Below are positions 9,686 to 19,980 of a stretch of DNA of 64,000 bases, in pieces. The DNA lies in contig CAVJFO010000015.1 in the NCBI GenBank assembly GCA_963648925.1, positions 39,383 through 103,382 on the forward strand, given 5' to 3'. Made by a program: the position numbers and the translations under genes. Every line of letters begins with the position of its first letter. Position 1 is the first letter of the stretch. Source of the stretch: Hallerella sp. (GTDB lineage Bacteria > Bacillota_I > Bacilli_A > RFN20 > CAG-826). The notes under the pieces are model-generated. The model did no database searches, was not told the DNA's origin, and was given only the letters and a program-made list of their open reading frames with translations.

Positions 9686-9870
9686 AGAAAAAAGATGTCT
9701 TACGAAGACATCTTGCAAAATTCAGTTTCGTCTTGTCCCGTAAAACTATCGCGACGAGACATAGACAGCAGGCATATGACGGATCCTAAACTAACCCAAC
9801 TATCCTTACGGTAGGAAGATCCATTTCTGTTCCTATGGCTATATTATACCGGTAATTTTTTCCATTGCAA
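9686..9870 (-). promoter_or_regulatory. promoter plus ~150-nt structured leader ending in an intrinsic terminator (attenuator or unclassified riboswitch-like leader) upstream of lacZ
   Basis: Minus strand: TTGCAA (9870-9865), a 16-nt spacer, then TATAAT (9848-9843). Nested stems follow: CATAG/CTATG, ATGGATC/GATCC..AT, TCCT/AGGA and GTCTCGTC/GACAAGAC. A 10-bp hairpin (9714-9705 with 9701-9692) plus a U-tract ends the leader, 50 nt before the GAGGT RBS and ATG 9637. Confidence 0.6.
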
Positions 9871-9916
9871 TAGTGAATTAGGTAAAAAATAGTAACGGTC
9901 ACGTAAATGAATTTTA

Positions 9917-11485
9917 TCAAATTGCGTTATCCCAAATCTTATGGACGGCTTCAGGGTGATCTATGAATGGGTTACGGTTTTTCTGCAATAAATAGGCCGC
10001 GTCATTACGTTTAGTTTCTTTTTCGGAAACAGGATCGAGATCATTCCATTCTAAATAAGTTTTCAATGCCCACGTAGAAAGAGATGGATATGTATTTTTT
10101 GCAAATGAGTCATAATTCATCGATGGAATGGAAGATTGGTATCTTGTTACAAAGTAGAAATAGGTTCTAGCAAAATCGCCCTTATATTCATCAATTGGCT
10201 CAAACACCGTTCCGTTATATCCATTGTTGTTTCCTGTTCCTAACTTAGAGCCATTTTTAGATGTATATGTAGCGTTAGAGACGTTGCCATGAGGGTAATT
10301 GCTACGTCTATTGTTGACATATCCGTCTGTTGGATAAACGTGGAAGATATCTGATTTCATTTTTGATGAATCGGTTCCTGCAAACTTAGATTGAGGAATG
10401 CTGTGTTCTCTGTTATAAACGTCGCCTTCACTTTTATAATTGCCGGCACGGTCATTTTTTGGATCAAATTTTTCATTTGAATACATATCCCAAATGTAGC
10501 CTTCATCTGTAAGATCGGTTTTTTCGTAAGCGGTCCACAATCCATCATAACCGATGGAAACGGTATTTTTGCTTATGACGTTGAATAAGGCTGTTTTTAA
10601 AGTGGCGCCTGTAGCGTTCCAATTTATTCCTTGATAATATCCGTCTTCATCGATATCTGGTTCAGTTGGTGAAGAAGAATCATTTGAAGAACTCGATGAT
10701 GAAGAACTTGAATTGCTATCCGAAGATGAATGGCTACTAGAAGAAGGGCTATCACCATTATCAGTAAGTAAAATTTCAATCTTGCTCACATAAATTCTTC
10801 CTTTGGCTTTTGCTTCAAAGGATATAGAAGTGGACGGATCGTTATTTTCATTATCTAAATATATGTAAGAGAACTTTGTAAATTCGTTTCCTTCAATTGT
10901 GATATCCATGCCAGTTGGATTTGCGCTAGATGAAAGATTGTATTCAACGGCGCTATCTCCTTCGTATTGCATGGCATAGACGTTTACTCTTTTAACAACT
11001 AAAGCAGAGGAGAAGTTAATATCAACTGATCCAGTCTTTTTGCCTGATCCCATTCTTAGAGCGTTGCTATTTGTTTCAGTTGAGCCTCTTTCATTCTTGC
11101 CAAAGCAATTAGAGAAATAAACGCTAGAGACAATAGAATCGCTAACATCATAAGCAGGTGTAGATGAGGCGGTTTTATCTGTAATCTCGCCAAAATAAAC
11201 TGAGATTGTTTTTGTTTCATCGGGTTTTGAATCTGATGATTCGCTAGATTGCGGTTGATCATTCGAAGATGAGGTGTCTTCTGATGAATGGGATTCAGAT
11301 GAAGAATTGTCCGATGAAGAATCCTTAGCTTCATTGCTAGAAGAAGTAGAAGACGAATTCAAACTTTCTGAAATGTTTGAATTTTCGCTTTCAGAAGATT
11401 TGCTTGGGGTAACCTCGGTGCACGAAGACAACGATAAAACTATCGTGGATAATGTAAGTAATATTTTTGAGTGATGCTTATTCAT
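9917..11485 (-). CDS. secreted lipoprotein with C-terminal endonuclease I family nuclease domain
   Basis: Signal peptide with lipobox LSLSSC, then long Ser/Asp/Glu-rich linkers. The C-terminal ~230 aa carry endonuclease-I-type motifs (NREHSIPQS, HVYPTDGYVNNRRSNYPHG, NRNPFIDHPE). Confidence 0.7.
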   Translation of the reverse strand: MNKHHSKILLTLSTIVLSLSSCTEVTPSKSSESENSNISESLNSSSTSSSNEAKDSSSDNSSSESHSSEDTSSSNDQPQSSESSDSKPDETKTISVYFGEITDKTASSTPAYDVSDSIVSSVYFSNCFGKNERGSTETNSNALRMGSGKKTGSVDINFSSALVVKRVNVYAMQYEGDSAVEYNLSSSANPTGMDITIEGNEFTKFSYIYLDNENNDPSTSISFEAKAKGRIYVSKIEILLTDNGDSPSSSSHSSSDSNSSSSSSSSSNDSSSPTEPDIDEDGYYQGINWNATGATLKTALFNVISKNTVSIGYDGLWTAYEKTDLTDEGYIWDMYSNEKFDPKNDRAGNYKSEGDVYNREHSIPQSKFAGTDSSKMKSDIFHVYPTDGYVNNRRSNYPHGNVSNATYTSKNGSKLGTGNNNGYNGTVFEPIDEYKGDFARTYFYFVTRYQSSIPSMNYDSFAKNTYPSLSTWALKTYLEWNDLDPVSEKETKRNDAAYLLQKNRNPFIDHPEAVHKIWDNAI

Positions 11486-11508
11486 TGCTAAATCATATCA
11501 TATATATA

Positions 11509-11538
11509 AGAAAAAAGTGCTACCTAATAGATAGCACT
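11509..11538 (-). terminator. intrinsic terminator of eno
   Basis: AGTGCTA pairs with TAGCACT, followed by a T-run on the minus strand. Confidence 0.65.
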
Positions 11539-11555
11539 TAAGATTTTAATAAATC

Positions 11556-12917
<1,362 letters not shown>

Positions 12918-13044
12918 CTAAACATGCTTACATAGTAAGCGAGTAAATTATAAAGCAAAAAAGAGGAAACTAGTATTAAGAATAATAATTTAACGAATTA
13001 TCGATTGGCGGTTAGAAATAAAATAAAACTTTTTAAAATGAAAA

Positions 13045-13085
13045 TAATGGGGTTTTGCAAGGGATTTTTGAATATTTGGATATTT
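13045..13085 (-). repeat. copy B of the C-rich element (sense strand AAAAATCCCTTGCAAAACCCC)
   Basis: The + strand reads GGGGTTTTGCAAGGGATTTTTGAATATTTGGATATTT. It lies in the divergent eno/ung intergenic region, with the C-rich strand co-oriented with eno. Confidence 0.75.
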
Positions 13086-13146
13086 AAGAACGCTAAAAAA
13101 CAAACAATTTTCTTTTTAGAAAACATTTTCATTTATAATATTTTTC

Positions 13147-13812
13147 ATGATTAAAGATTGGAAGAACTTGTTTTCTAAGGTTGAACAAGAAGAATACTCA
13201 AAAACCTTGAAGGCGTTTCTTGATGCCGAATATAAGACAAATGTCATTTATCCACCTAGAGATATGATGTTTCAGGCTTTTAAATTCACTTCTCCAAAAA
13301 CTCTTAAGGCCGTAATCATTGGCCAAGATCCTTATCACAATCCGGGTCAGGCTATGGGGATGTCTTTTTCCGTTCCTCGCGGAATGGATCTTCCACCATC
13401 GCTAATAAATATCTATAAGGAAATACAAAAAGACTTGAACATTGAAATGAATTTTGAAAATGGTGATTTGACTCCATGGGCCGAACAAGGCGTTCTTCTT
13501 TTGAACGCATATCTTTCCGTCAGAGCGGGCCTTCCTTTGTCTCACCAACGCCCTGAATATGTTAAATTCATTGATGATACTCTTGCGTATATTGAGACTT
13601 TAGATCAACCTATCGTTTATATGTTATGGGGTGGTTTTGCCAAGAAATATGAATCCAAAATAACTAACCCAAAGCATCTTATCTTGAAAGCGAATCATCC
13701 TTCACCTCTAAGTGCAAACAGAGGAGGGTGGTTTAACAATCATCATTTCAGCAAATGCAATCAATTTTTGACTGATAATGGTTCCGAAGAAATAAATTGG
13801 CAAATAAAATAA
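13147..13812 (+). CDS. ung: uracil-DNA glycosylase
   Basis: Carries the family-1 UDG motifs GQDPYH and HPSPLS. Confidence 0.95.
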   Translation: MIKDWKNLFSKVEQEEYSKTLKAFLDAEYKTNVIYPPRDMMFQAFKFTSPKTLKAVIIGQDPYHNPGQAMGMSFSVPRGMDLPPSLINIYKEIQKDLNIEMNFENGDLTPWAEQGVLLLNAYLSVRAGLPLSHQRPEYVKFIDDTLAYIETLDQPIVYMLWGGFAKKYESKITNPKHLILKANHPSPLSANRGGWFNNHHFSKCNQFLTDNGSEEINWQIK

Positions 13813-13879
13813 AAATAAATAATTAATTTATTTAGATTTCGTGTTATAGTGCATTGTCCGATTAATAAAGGAGACCTAA

Positions 13880-15067
13880 ATGGAAAACGAAGAAAAAGAA
13901 ATAAAAGAAGAAGTTAAAGAAACTTCTGAAACCATTAAAGCGGAAGTTGTCAATCCTGAAGAAGAAAGTGACTTCGCTGATGAAATAAAACCTGCTGAAA
14001 CCGCCAAAGAAACAACTAACGCTTCCCCTGTAATTGAAGAAGAGCCTGAAGAAGAAGTCAATCTTTATGCTGAGAAAGAGGAAGCAGAAGTTCCTCAAAC
14101 CGAAGAGGCTAAAGTTGAAGAAACAAAGGAAAAGGCAGTTGAAACCGCTGGCGATTATTTTTATGAAGATCCTGAATTAGCAGCCATTGAAGAAGCGAGA
14201 AAGAGTTTCCATAAGATTTATAAGAAGTTGAACATCATCAAATGGATAATCACTGCAGTTGGCTTAGCTCTAATCGCAGTTGGATGGATTGTCCCTACCG
14301 CTATCAATGGAATTAACGCTAACATTACGATGTATATTTCCTTAGGCGTTACAGTCGTGGTTCTTGTTGGAATTTCCGTTTATTCGATGATTTTCCGTAA
14401 GAAAGTAAACGCTCAAATGAAGACATATTTCAAAGAGTATTACGATCATGCTTGTGCATACATATACCCTCAAACCGTTGAAAACCTCACTGGAACGGTT
14501 GATGACAAACTTCCTGAAGATACCTTTATCAAATCTGGCATTTATAAGGATGTTGCCAAAGTTGGATCAAGAGCCTATATGACCTTCTCATATAAGGGAT
14601 TTAACGCATCAATTTCTGATGCAGCTGCACAAAAGAAAGGCGATCGCCAATTAGAAACATTATTTGTTGGCAAATTCATTTATTTTGATGGAATTACAAG
14701 CAATGATGATCTTCTTATCTATCTCAAAGGAAACAAGAGAGCCTTACCTCCTAATACTCTTAAGGGACGTAAACTTATCGAAGATAACAAAACAATGGTC
14801 ATCTACGGTAACGGAAAAGCAAAGAGCTTATTAACTAAGAAAGTTCGTGATGCCCTTTCTAAGTTTGATACAAACAAGACATTCATTGATATGGCAATCG
14901 CCGTTAATGACAAAGGTCTTTTCTTCGCTGTTGGATATGAAGATGATTTAATGGTCTTGCCATTAGAAAAGCCATTTAATCCTGCACCAACAAAACAAAA
15001 CAAGGGAGACATTCAAAAAATTCTCGATTTCGTCGATGCTTTAACGCTTCGTCACGAAGATAGATAA
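13880..15067 (+). CDS. hypothetical membrane protein with acidic N-terminal region
   Basis: 395-aa ORF with an AAAGGAGA RBS. A ~110-aa Glu-rich N-terminus is followed by two adjacent TM helices and a ~220-aa C-terminal domain I cannot assign. Confidence 0.65.
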   Translation: MENEEKEIKEEVKETSETIKAEVVNPEEESDFADEIKPAETAKETTNASPVIEEEPEEEVNLYAEKEEAEVPQTEEAKVEETKEKAVETAGDYFYEDPELAAIEEARKSFHKIYKKLNIIKWIITAVGLALIAVGWIVPTAINGINANITMYISLGVTVVVLVGISVYSMIFRKKVNAQMKTYFKEYYDHACAYIYPQTVENLTGTVDDKLPEDTFIKSGIYKDVAKVGSRAYMTFSYKGFNASISDAAAQKKGDRQLETLFVGKFIYFDGITSNDDLLIYLKGNKRALPPNTLKGRKLIEDNKTMVIYGNGKAKSLLTKKVRDALSKFDTNKTFIDMAIAVNDKGLFFAVGYEDDLMVLPLEKPFNPAPTKQNKGDIQKILDFVDALTLRHEDR

Positions 15068-15077
15068 ATCTTCATTT

Positions 15078-15108
15078 AAGGCTGCTTCTAGGCTAAGCGG
15101 CCTTTTTT
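15078..15108 (+). terminator. intrinsic terminator
   Basis: AAGGCTGCTT pairs with AAGCGGCCTT (one G-U pair), followed by TTTTTT. Confidence 0.65.
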
Positions 15109-15185
15109 ACTAAAATAAAAATATATTCTAAAGTGAAAAACATTTATACTTTAAGAGAAGTCTTGCAAAACAGACGTTTCCATAT

Positions 15186-15758
15186 ATGAACGATAAAAAG
15201 AAAGATTTAAAAAATTGGATAACTGTCCAAGCGTATAAGCATGATGGTAGCATGCATCGCCAATGGTCACCTGGCTACCTTTTGAAAGAAACCGATGACG
15301 CGTATTTTGTTTGCTCACGCTCCTCGTTAATTACCGAATTTGACGGTCGAAGATGGCTAACAAAAGAAAATGCCGTATTTGTTCTCTTCAAGAAGGAATG
15401 GCTTAACGTAATTTGCATGTTTAAAGAAACAGGTGGCATTTGCTATTACGCTAATATCGCTACTCCAACTCTTATGGATGACGGCATTCTTCGTTACATC
15501 GATTATGATTTAGATTTGAAACTATATCCTGATAAAAGCATCAAATTGCTTGATGAGCAAGAGTTTGAAGAAAACATCAAATCTTATGGATATTCACCCG
15601 AACTTGTTAAAGTCGTGCGTCATTCATTTGCTAAGACGCGTAAAATGATGGAAGAAGGAGTCTTCCCTTTCGATGATAAAACGATCGAGGAGGCGTATGC
15701 TGCATTTTTGGCTGATACAATTCCTTTTGTTCCGAAAGAAAACTTTTCCAAACATTAG
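15186..15758 (+). CDS. DUF402/UPF0374 family protein (nucleoside tri-/diphosphate phosphatase-like)
   Basis: The N-terminal QAYKHDGSMHRQW pattern and ~190-aa length match the Firmicute DUF402 family. There is no obvious SD. Confidence 0.6.
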   Translation: MNDKKKDLKNWITVQAYKHDGSMHRQWSPGYLLKETDDAYFVCSRSSLITEFDGRRWLTKENAVFVLFKKEWLNVICMFKETGGICYYANIATPTLMDDGILRYIDYDLDLKLYPDKSIKLLDEQEFEENIKSYGYSPELVKVVRHSFAKTRKMMEEGVFPFDDKTIEEAYAAFLADTIPFVPKENFSKH

Positions 15759-15829
15759 TTTATTGTCTTACTAGTAACTTATTTCTAAGCGGTCTATAAT
15801 TTAGGAGTTCTAAAAGAACTCTTTTATCT

Positions 15830-16297
15830 ATGCAGTACAGTTTTATTTCAAAATCAAAAGAGGAAACTCAAAAATTTGGTTCGTTTATCGCCAATTTATT
15901 TGTTCGTGGCGATGTTGTTTTACTAAAAGGCGATTTGGGCGCTGGCAAAACAACCTTAACTGGTGGAGTAGCCAAAGCCTTAGGCATTGAAGAAGATGTA
16001 ATTTCTCCAACATTCAATATCATGAAATGCTATTTCAAAGGGAAAATCCCCCTTTATCACATTGACGCATATCGTCTCGAAGGACAAAATATTGAACTTG
16101 GTTTAGAGGAATATATCGAAGGAGATGGCGTTTGTTTTATCGAATGGCCCCAATACATTGAGCCTCTTTTACCTGATGAAACTTTATCTATTTCTTTAAA
16201 GAACATGGGTGAAAATGACCGCATGATTACTTTAGAGGGCAACACCTCTCATTTTGAAGAACTAATAAATTCAGTGAAAGGAGTCTTTCATGATTAG
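15830..16297 (+). CDS. tsaE: tRNA t6A37 biosynthesis ATPase TsaE
   Basis: P-loop GDLGAGKTT, ~155 aa, first gene of the conserved tsaE-tsaB-rimI-tsaD block. Confidence 0.9.
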   Translation: MQYSFISKSKEETQKFGSFIANLFVRGDVVLLKGDLGAGKTTLTGGVAKALGIEEDVISPTFNIMKCYFKGKIPLYHIDAYRLEGQNIELGLEEYIEGDGVCFIEWPQYIEPLLPDETLSISLKNMGENDRMITLEGNTSHFEELINSVKGVFHD

Positions 16298-16877
16298 CTT
16301 ATTAATTGATACCTCAAATACAAATTTAGCAGTCGGAATTGCTAAAGATCATTCTTTAATTGCCGAAGTTCAATATGAAGCGTGGCAAAGACAATCAGAA
16401 TTCCTTATCAAAGAAATTGATGATTTATTTACAAAAACTTCACTAAACAAGGGTGATATCGATGAAATAATCGTTGCTAAAGGACCTGGATCATATACGG
16501 GCGTTCGTATCGCTATGACTGTCGCTAAAGTTATGGCTTTTGCGATAAATAAACCGCTATATCTTGTTTCTTCTCTTGAAGTGTATAAAGCAAAAGAAGG
16601 GCGTTCCATCTGCTTGATGAATGCTCGTAGCAAACGTTCTTATGTTGGAGTCTATTCTAAAGATGAGATTATTCTTTCTGACACAATAATGGATAATGAG
16701 CAAATAAAAATGTATATTGTAGCTCACCCAGAATATAAAATTTGCGGCGATGTCTCTTATCTATCTTTAGAAGGAGAGAAGGTTAACGTTTTAGAAAATC
16801 TTATGAACGCGGATATCGAACGTAATCTTTGCAAAGACGTTTTAAGCGCAAAACCTGTTTATTTGAAGGATTTATAA
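16290..16877 (+). CDS. tsaB: tRNA t6A37 biosynthesis protein TsaB
   Basis: Truncated Kae1/TsaD-like fold (GPGSYTGVRI). It overlaps tsaE by 8 nt. Confidence 0.85.
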   Translation: MISLLIDTSNTNLAVGIAKDHSLIAEVQYEAWQRQSEFLIKEIDDLFTKTSLNKGDIDEIIVAKGPGSYTGVRIAMTVAKVMAFAINKPLYLVSSLEVYKAKEGRSICLMNARSKRSYVGVYSKDEIILSDTIMDNEQIKMYIVAHPEYKICGDVSYLSLEGEKVNVLENLMNADIERNLCKDVLSAKPVYLKDL

Positions 16878-17329
16878 TGGATATTACAATTCGCAAAATC
16901 AAAAAGAGCGACATAGAAAAAGTTGCCGAACTAGAAGCTGCTTGTTTTATTAAGCCGTGGCCTCTAAATCAAATAGCTTATGAATATAAAGGAAACCCAT
17001 GTGCTAAGGTTTTTGTTGCCGTAGACGAAGAGAACAATGTTGTAGGCTATATCGATTTTATGATTACTTTCAATTCCGCGACCATTGATCGTATTTGTGT
17101 TGATGAAAAACATAGAGGCAACGGCATCGGATCAAAGTTATTAGATAAGATGGTTGAAGTTTGCAAGAAACAAAAAGAAGTCGTTGAATTCATAACCCTT
17201 GAGGTTCGTGTCTCTAATAAAAATGCCATTTCACTTTATTTGAAAAACAATTGGCAAAAAGTTGTTATCAAGCCTAAATATTACGATGATGGCGAAGATG
17301 CCTTATATATGATTAGGAGTATTATATGA
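16877..17329 (+). CDS. rimI: ribosomal-protein-alanine N-acetyltransferase (GNAT)
   Basis: GNAT motif HRGNGIGSKLL. I chose ATG 16877 because it overlaps the tsaB stop (TAATG). Confidence 0.8.
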   Translation: MDITIRKIKKSDIEKVAELEAACFIKPWPLNQIAYEYKGNPCAKVFVAVDEENNVVGYIDFMITFNSATIDRICVDEKHRGNGIGSKLLDKMVEVCKKQKEVVEFITLEVRVSNKNAISLYLKNNWQKVVIKPKYYDDGEDALYMIRSII

Positions 17330-18342
17330 CTCGCATATTAGCAATAGAATCAAGCTGCGATGAAACCGCAGTAGCCATTACTGAAGATGGTAAATTATTA
17401 GCAAATGTAGTTTCTTCTCAGGTTGCAGTTCACGTTAAATACGGTGGAGTTATGCCGGAAGTCGCATCAAGATTGCATACAGAAAATATTGATGTTTGTC
17501 TCAAAGAAGCATTGGAACAATCTGGGCTTAAATTTGAAGACATGGACGCATTTGCCGTCACTAGAGGACCTGGACTTATCGGTTGCCTTCACGTGGGTCT
17601 TCAAGCAGCTAAAACTTTGGCGATGCTTTATAAGAAACCTTTAATACCAGTGCATCACCTTGCTGGGCATATCTATGCCAATGAATATGTAGGAGAATTC
17701 AAATTCCCGTTATTATGCGTTGTAGTTTCTGGCGGAAACACCGAACTAGTATTAATGAAAGATCACCTCAATTTTGAAATAATTGGGGAAACTAAGGATG
17801 ATGCCGTTGGAGAATGCTACGATAAAGTTGCTCGTGTCTTAGGCTTGCCATATCCAGGGGGCCTTCCAATCGATCAACACGCAAAGAAAGGCAAACATAC
17901 ATATAATCTCCCTGAGCCATTGCTCGGTAAAGATGGATATGATTTCTCTTATTCAGGATTAAAGACATCAGTCATAAACCTTGCTCATAATCTCGAACAA
18001 AAAGGCGAAACGCTTAATATCGATGATATGGCCAAGTCTTTCCAAGATGTTGCAATAGGAATGATTATTGATCGCGCGACACGTGCGGCAAGAAACTACC
18101 ATGTTGCTCAAGTTGTTCTTGCTGGTGGAGTTTCTGCTAACTCATATTTAAGAGAACAAATGAAAAATCGTTTAGATGGAACGGGAATCGACTTAATTAT
18201 TCCACCATTATGGTGCACAACCGATAATGCGGCAATGATTGCAAAAGTCGCCGAACGTCTTTATAAAGAAAACGTATTTGCTCCATTAACTTTAGGGGTC
18301 GACCCAAACTGGAAAATATCTGATTTTCGTAAATTTGACTAA
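17326..18342 (+). CDS. tsaD: tRNA N6-adenosine threonylcarbamoyltransferase TsaD
   Basis: ESSCDET N-terminus and metal-binding HHLAGH. Overlaps rimI by 4 nt. Confidence 0.95.
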   Translation: MTRILAIESSCDETAVAITEDGKLLANVVSSQVAVHVKYGGVMPEVASRLHTENIDVCLKEALEQSGLKFEDMDAFAVTRGPGLIGCLHVGLQAAKTLAMLYKKPLIPVHHLAGHIYANEYVGEFKFPLLCVVVSGGNTELVLMKDHLNFEIIGETKDDAVGECYDKVARVLGLPYPGGLPIDQHAKKGKHTYNLPEPLLGKDGYDFSYSGLKTSVINLAHNLEQKGETLNIDDMAKSFQDVAIGMIIDRATRAARNYHVAQVVLAGGVSANSYLREQMKNRLDGTGIDLIIPPLWCTTDNAAMIAKVAERLYKENVFAPLTLGVDPNWKISDFRKFD

Positions 18343-18366
18343 TATATAAAAAAGAGGAGATAGACA

Positions 18367-19749
18367 ATGAAAGAAAAAACAATAAGCGTCAAGGAATTGT
18401 ATGCGCTTGATGCTAGTGCCCTTGAAAAACTTGGCACGGTAACAATTGACGGATGGGTTAGAAATAACCGCAACTCTGGCAAAGTCGGCTTTATTGCCTT
18501 ACATGACGGAACATGTTTTAAGAATGTTCAAGTCGTTTACGATGCAGATAAACCTTTCTTTGAAGAAGTTTCGCATTATAAAATGGGTTCAGCCGTTGAA
18601 ATAGTTGGTGAAGTTGTTTTAACGCCAGAAATGAAACAACCTTTTGAAATTCACGCTACAGGGGCCACTCTTTTAGGGGATGTCGCAGATGATTATCCAC
18701 TTCAAAAGAAGAAAACGTCCTTTGAATTTTTACGTGATATCGCTTATTTGCGTCCAAGAACAAATACGTTTGATGCCTTGTTTAGAGTTCGCTCAGTTTT
18801 AGCAATGGGCGTTCATACATTCTTCCAAGATAATGGATTCGTTTATGTTCATACACCTGAAATCACTGCTAACGATGCTGAAGGGGCGGGGTCTGTTTTC
18901 TCAATAATCACTGATTCCAAAGAAGATCCAATAAACGACTTCTTCGGAAGAAAGGCTTCATTGACTGTTTCTGGTCAATTACACGTTGAAGCTTTTGCTC
19001 TTGCTTTCAAAGATGTTTACACTTTTGGCCCAACATTTAGAGCGGAAAAGAGCAATACTCCACGTCATGCTTCGGAATTCTGGATGATTGAACCTGAACT
19101 TGCGTTTGCAGATTTAAACGACGACATGGATTGCATTGAAAGCTGCATTAAATTCTTAATTAAATGGGTTATGGACAAGTGTCCAGATGAGATGGATTTC
19201 TTTGAGAAATGGATTGCTCCAGGAACAAAAGAAAAACTTCAAAAAGTTCTTGATACTCCATTTACAAAGATGGAATACACAGAAGGCATTAAAATCCTTC
19301 AAGAAGCAGTTAAAAACGGACATAAGTTCGAAAATAACAACATTGAATGGGGAATGGATTTACAAAGCGAGCACGAACGTTATCTCACTGAGCAATATGT
19401 TAAGGGCCCAACATTCTTAATTAACTATCCAAAAGAAATCAAATCTTTCTATATGAGAGAAAACGATGATGGCAAGACGGTTGCAGCAGTTGATTTACTC
19501 GTTCCAGGCGAAGGCGAGATCGTCGGAGGAAGCCAAAGAGAAGAACGTTACGACATTCTTAAGGCAAAGATGGATAAACTCGGCAACACCAAAGGGCTTG
19601 AATGGTATTTAAATCTCCGTAAATATGGCGGATGCATCCATTCTGGATTTGGAATCGGCTTTGATAGATTGCTCATGTATATCACTGGTATTGCCAATAT
19701 CCGCGATACTGAACCATATCCAAGAACGTCTTCCGCCCTAAAATATTAA
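18367..19749 (+). CDS. asnS: asparagine--tRNA ligase
   Basis: Class IIb aaRS with an N-terminal OB fold. Motifs include FRAEKSNTPRHASEFWMIEPE, GGSQREER and GFGIGFDRL. Confidence 0.92.
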   Translation: MKEKTISVKELYALDASALEKLGTVTIDGWVRNNRNSGKVGFIALHDGTCFKNVQVVYDADKPFFEEVSHYKMGSAVEIVGEVVLTPEMKQPFEIHATGATLLGDVADDYPLQKKKTSFEFLRDIAYLRPRTNTFDALFRVRSVLAMGVHTFFQDNGFVYVHTPEITANDAEGAGSVFSIITDSKEDPINDFFGRKASLTVSGQLHVEAFALAFKDVYTFGPTFRAEKSNTPRHASEFWMIEPELAFADLNDDMDCIESCIKFLIKWVMDKCPDEMDFFEKWIAPGTKEKLQKVLDTPFTKMEYTEGIKILQEAVKNGHKFENNNIEWGMDLQSEHERYLTEQYVKGPTFLINYPKEIKSFYMRENDDGKTVAAVDLLVPGEGEIVGGSQREERYDILKAKMDKLGNTKGLEWYLNLRKYGGCIHSGFGIGFDRLLMYITGIANIRDTEPYPRTSSALKY

Positions 19750-19752
19750 TTT

Positions 19753-19941
19753 ATGGAACAAAACGGTCAGCAAATAAACCCTCAAAGCATTGAGGGACAA
19801 GCAAATATATCAGAACAGCCAAATCCTGATGTTGTCGCAAAAAAGAACCTCTCTCGTAAAAGAATCTTCTTTGCAATATTAGGAATAGATATTGCTTTAT
19901 TAGCATTTCTCTTGTTCGAAATAATTAGTCTATTCTTCTAA
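19753..19941 (+). CDS. small tail-anchored membrane protein, hypothetical
   Basis: 62-aa ORF starting 4 nt after the asnS stop. It has a Q/N/P-rich N-terminus and one C-terminal TM. The terminator follows directly. Confidence 0.45.
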   Translation: MEQNGQQINPQSIEGQANISEQPNPDVVAKKNLSRKRIFFAILGIDIALLAFLLFEIISLFF

Positions 19942-19944
19942 AAA

Positions 19945-19976
19945 TAACTCCTGCAAATTTTGGCAGGAGTTTTTTA
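19945..19976. terminator. bidirectional intrinsic terminator
   Basis: ACTCCTGC pairs with GCAGGAGT, with a T-run on the + strand and an A-run upstream. Confidence 0.7.
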
Positions 19977-19980
19977 AAAA

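Noticed and set aside
9638-9718. 27-codon N-terminal extension of lacZ in the ORF track (start at 9718)
   Set aside because: The extension begins at a non-ATG codon, has no RBS and runs straight through the 10-bp terminator hairpin. ATG 9637 has a GAGGT RBS and gives a normal GH2 N-terminus.
9686-9848. SRP RNA, 6S RNA or a LicT-type RAT in the lacZ leader
   Set aside because: AGCAGGCATATGACG loosely recalls the 4.5S domain IV 3' strand, but it is on the wrong strand for the promoter and terminator, and the GGAA-tetraloop/AGGUCC partner is missing. The fold is branched rather than a 6S-like rod. I saw no RAT consensus and no PRD antiterminator gene.
13862-14098. Minus-strand ORFs antisense to the Glu-rich start of the 395-aa gene. 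Similar antisense ORFs occur at 37001-37255 (secG), 58046-58366, 59506-59894 and elsewhere.
   Set aside because: These are typical antisense shadow ORFs of GAA/AAG-rich or otherwise well-supported coding regions. None has an RBS or a recognisable fold.
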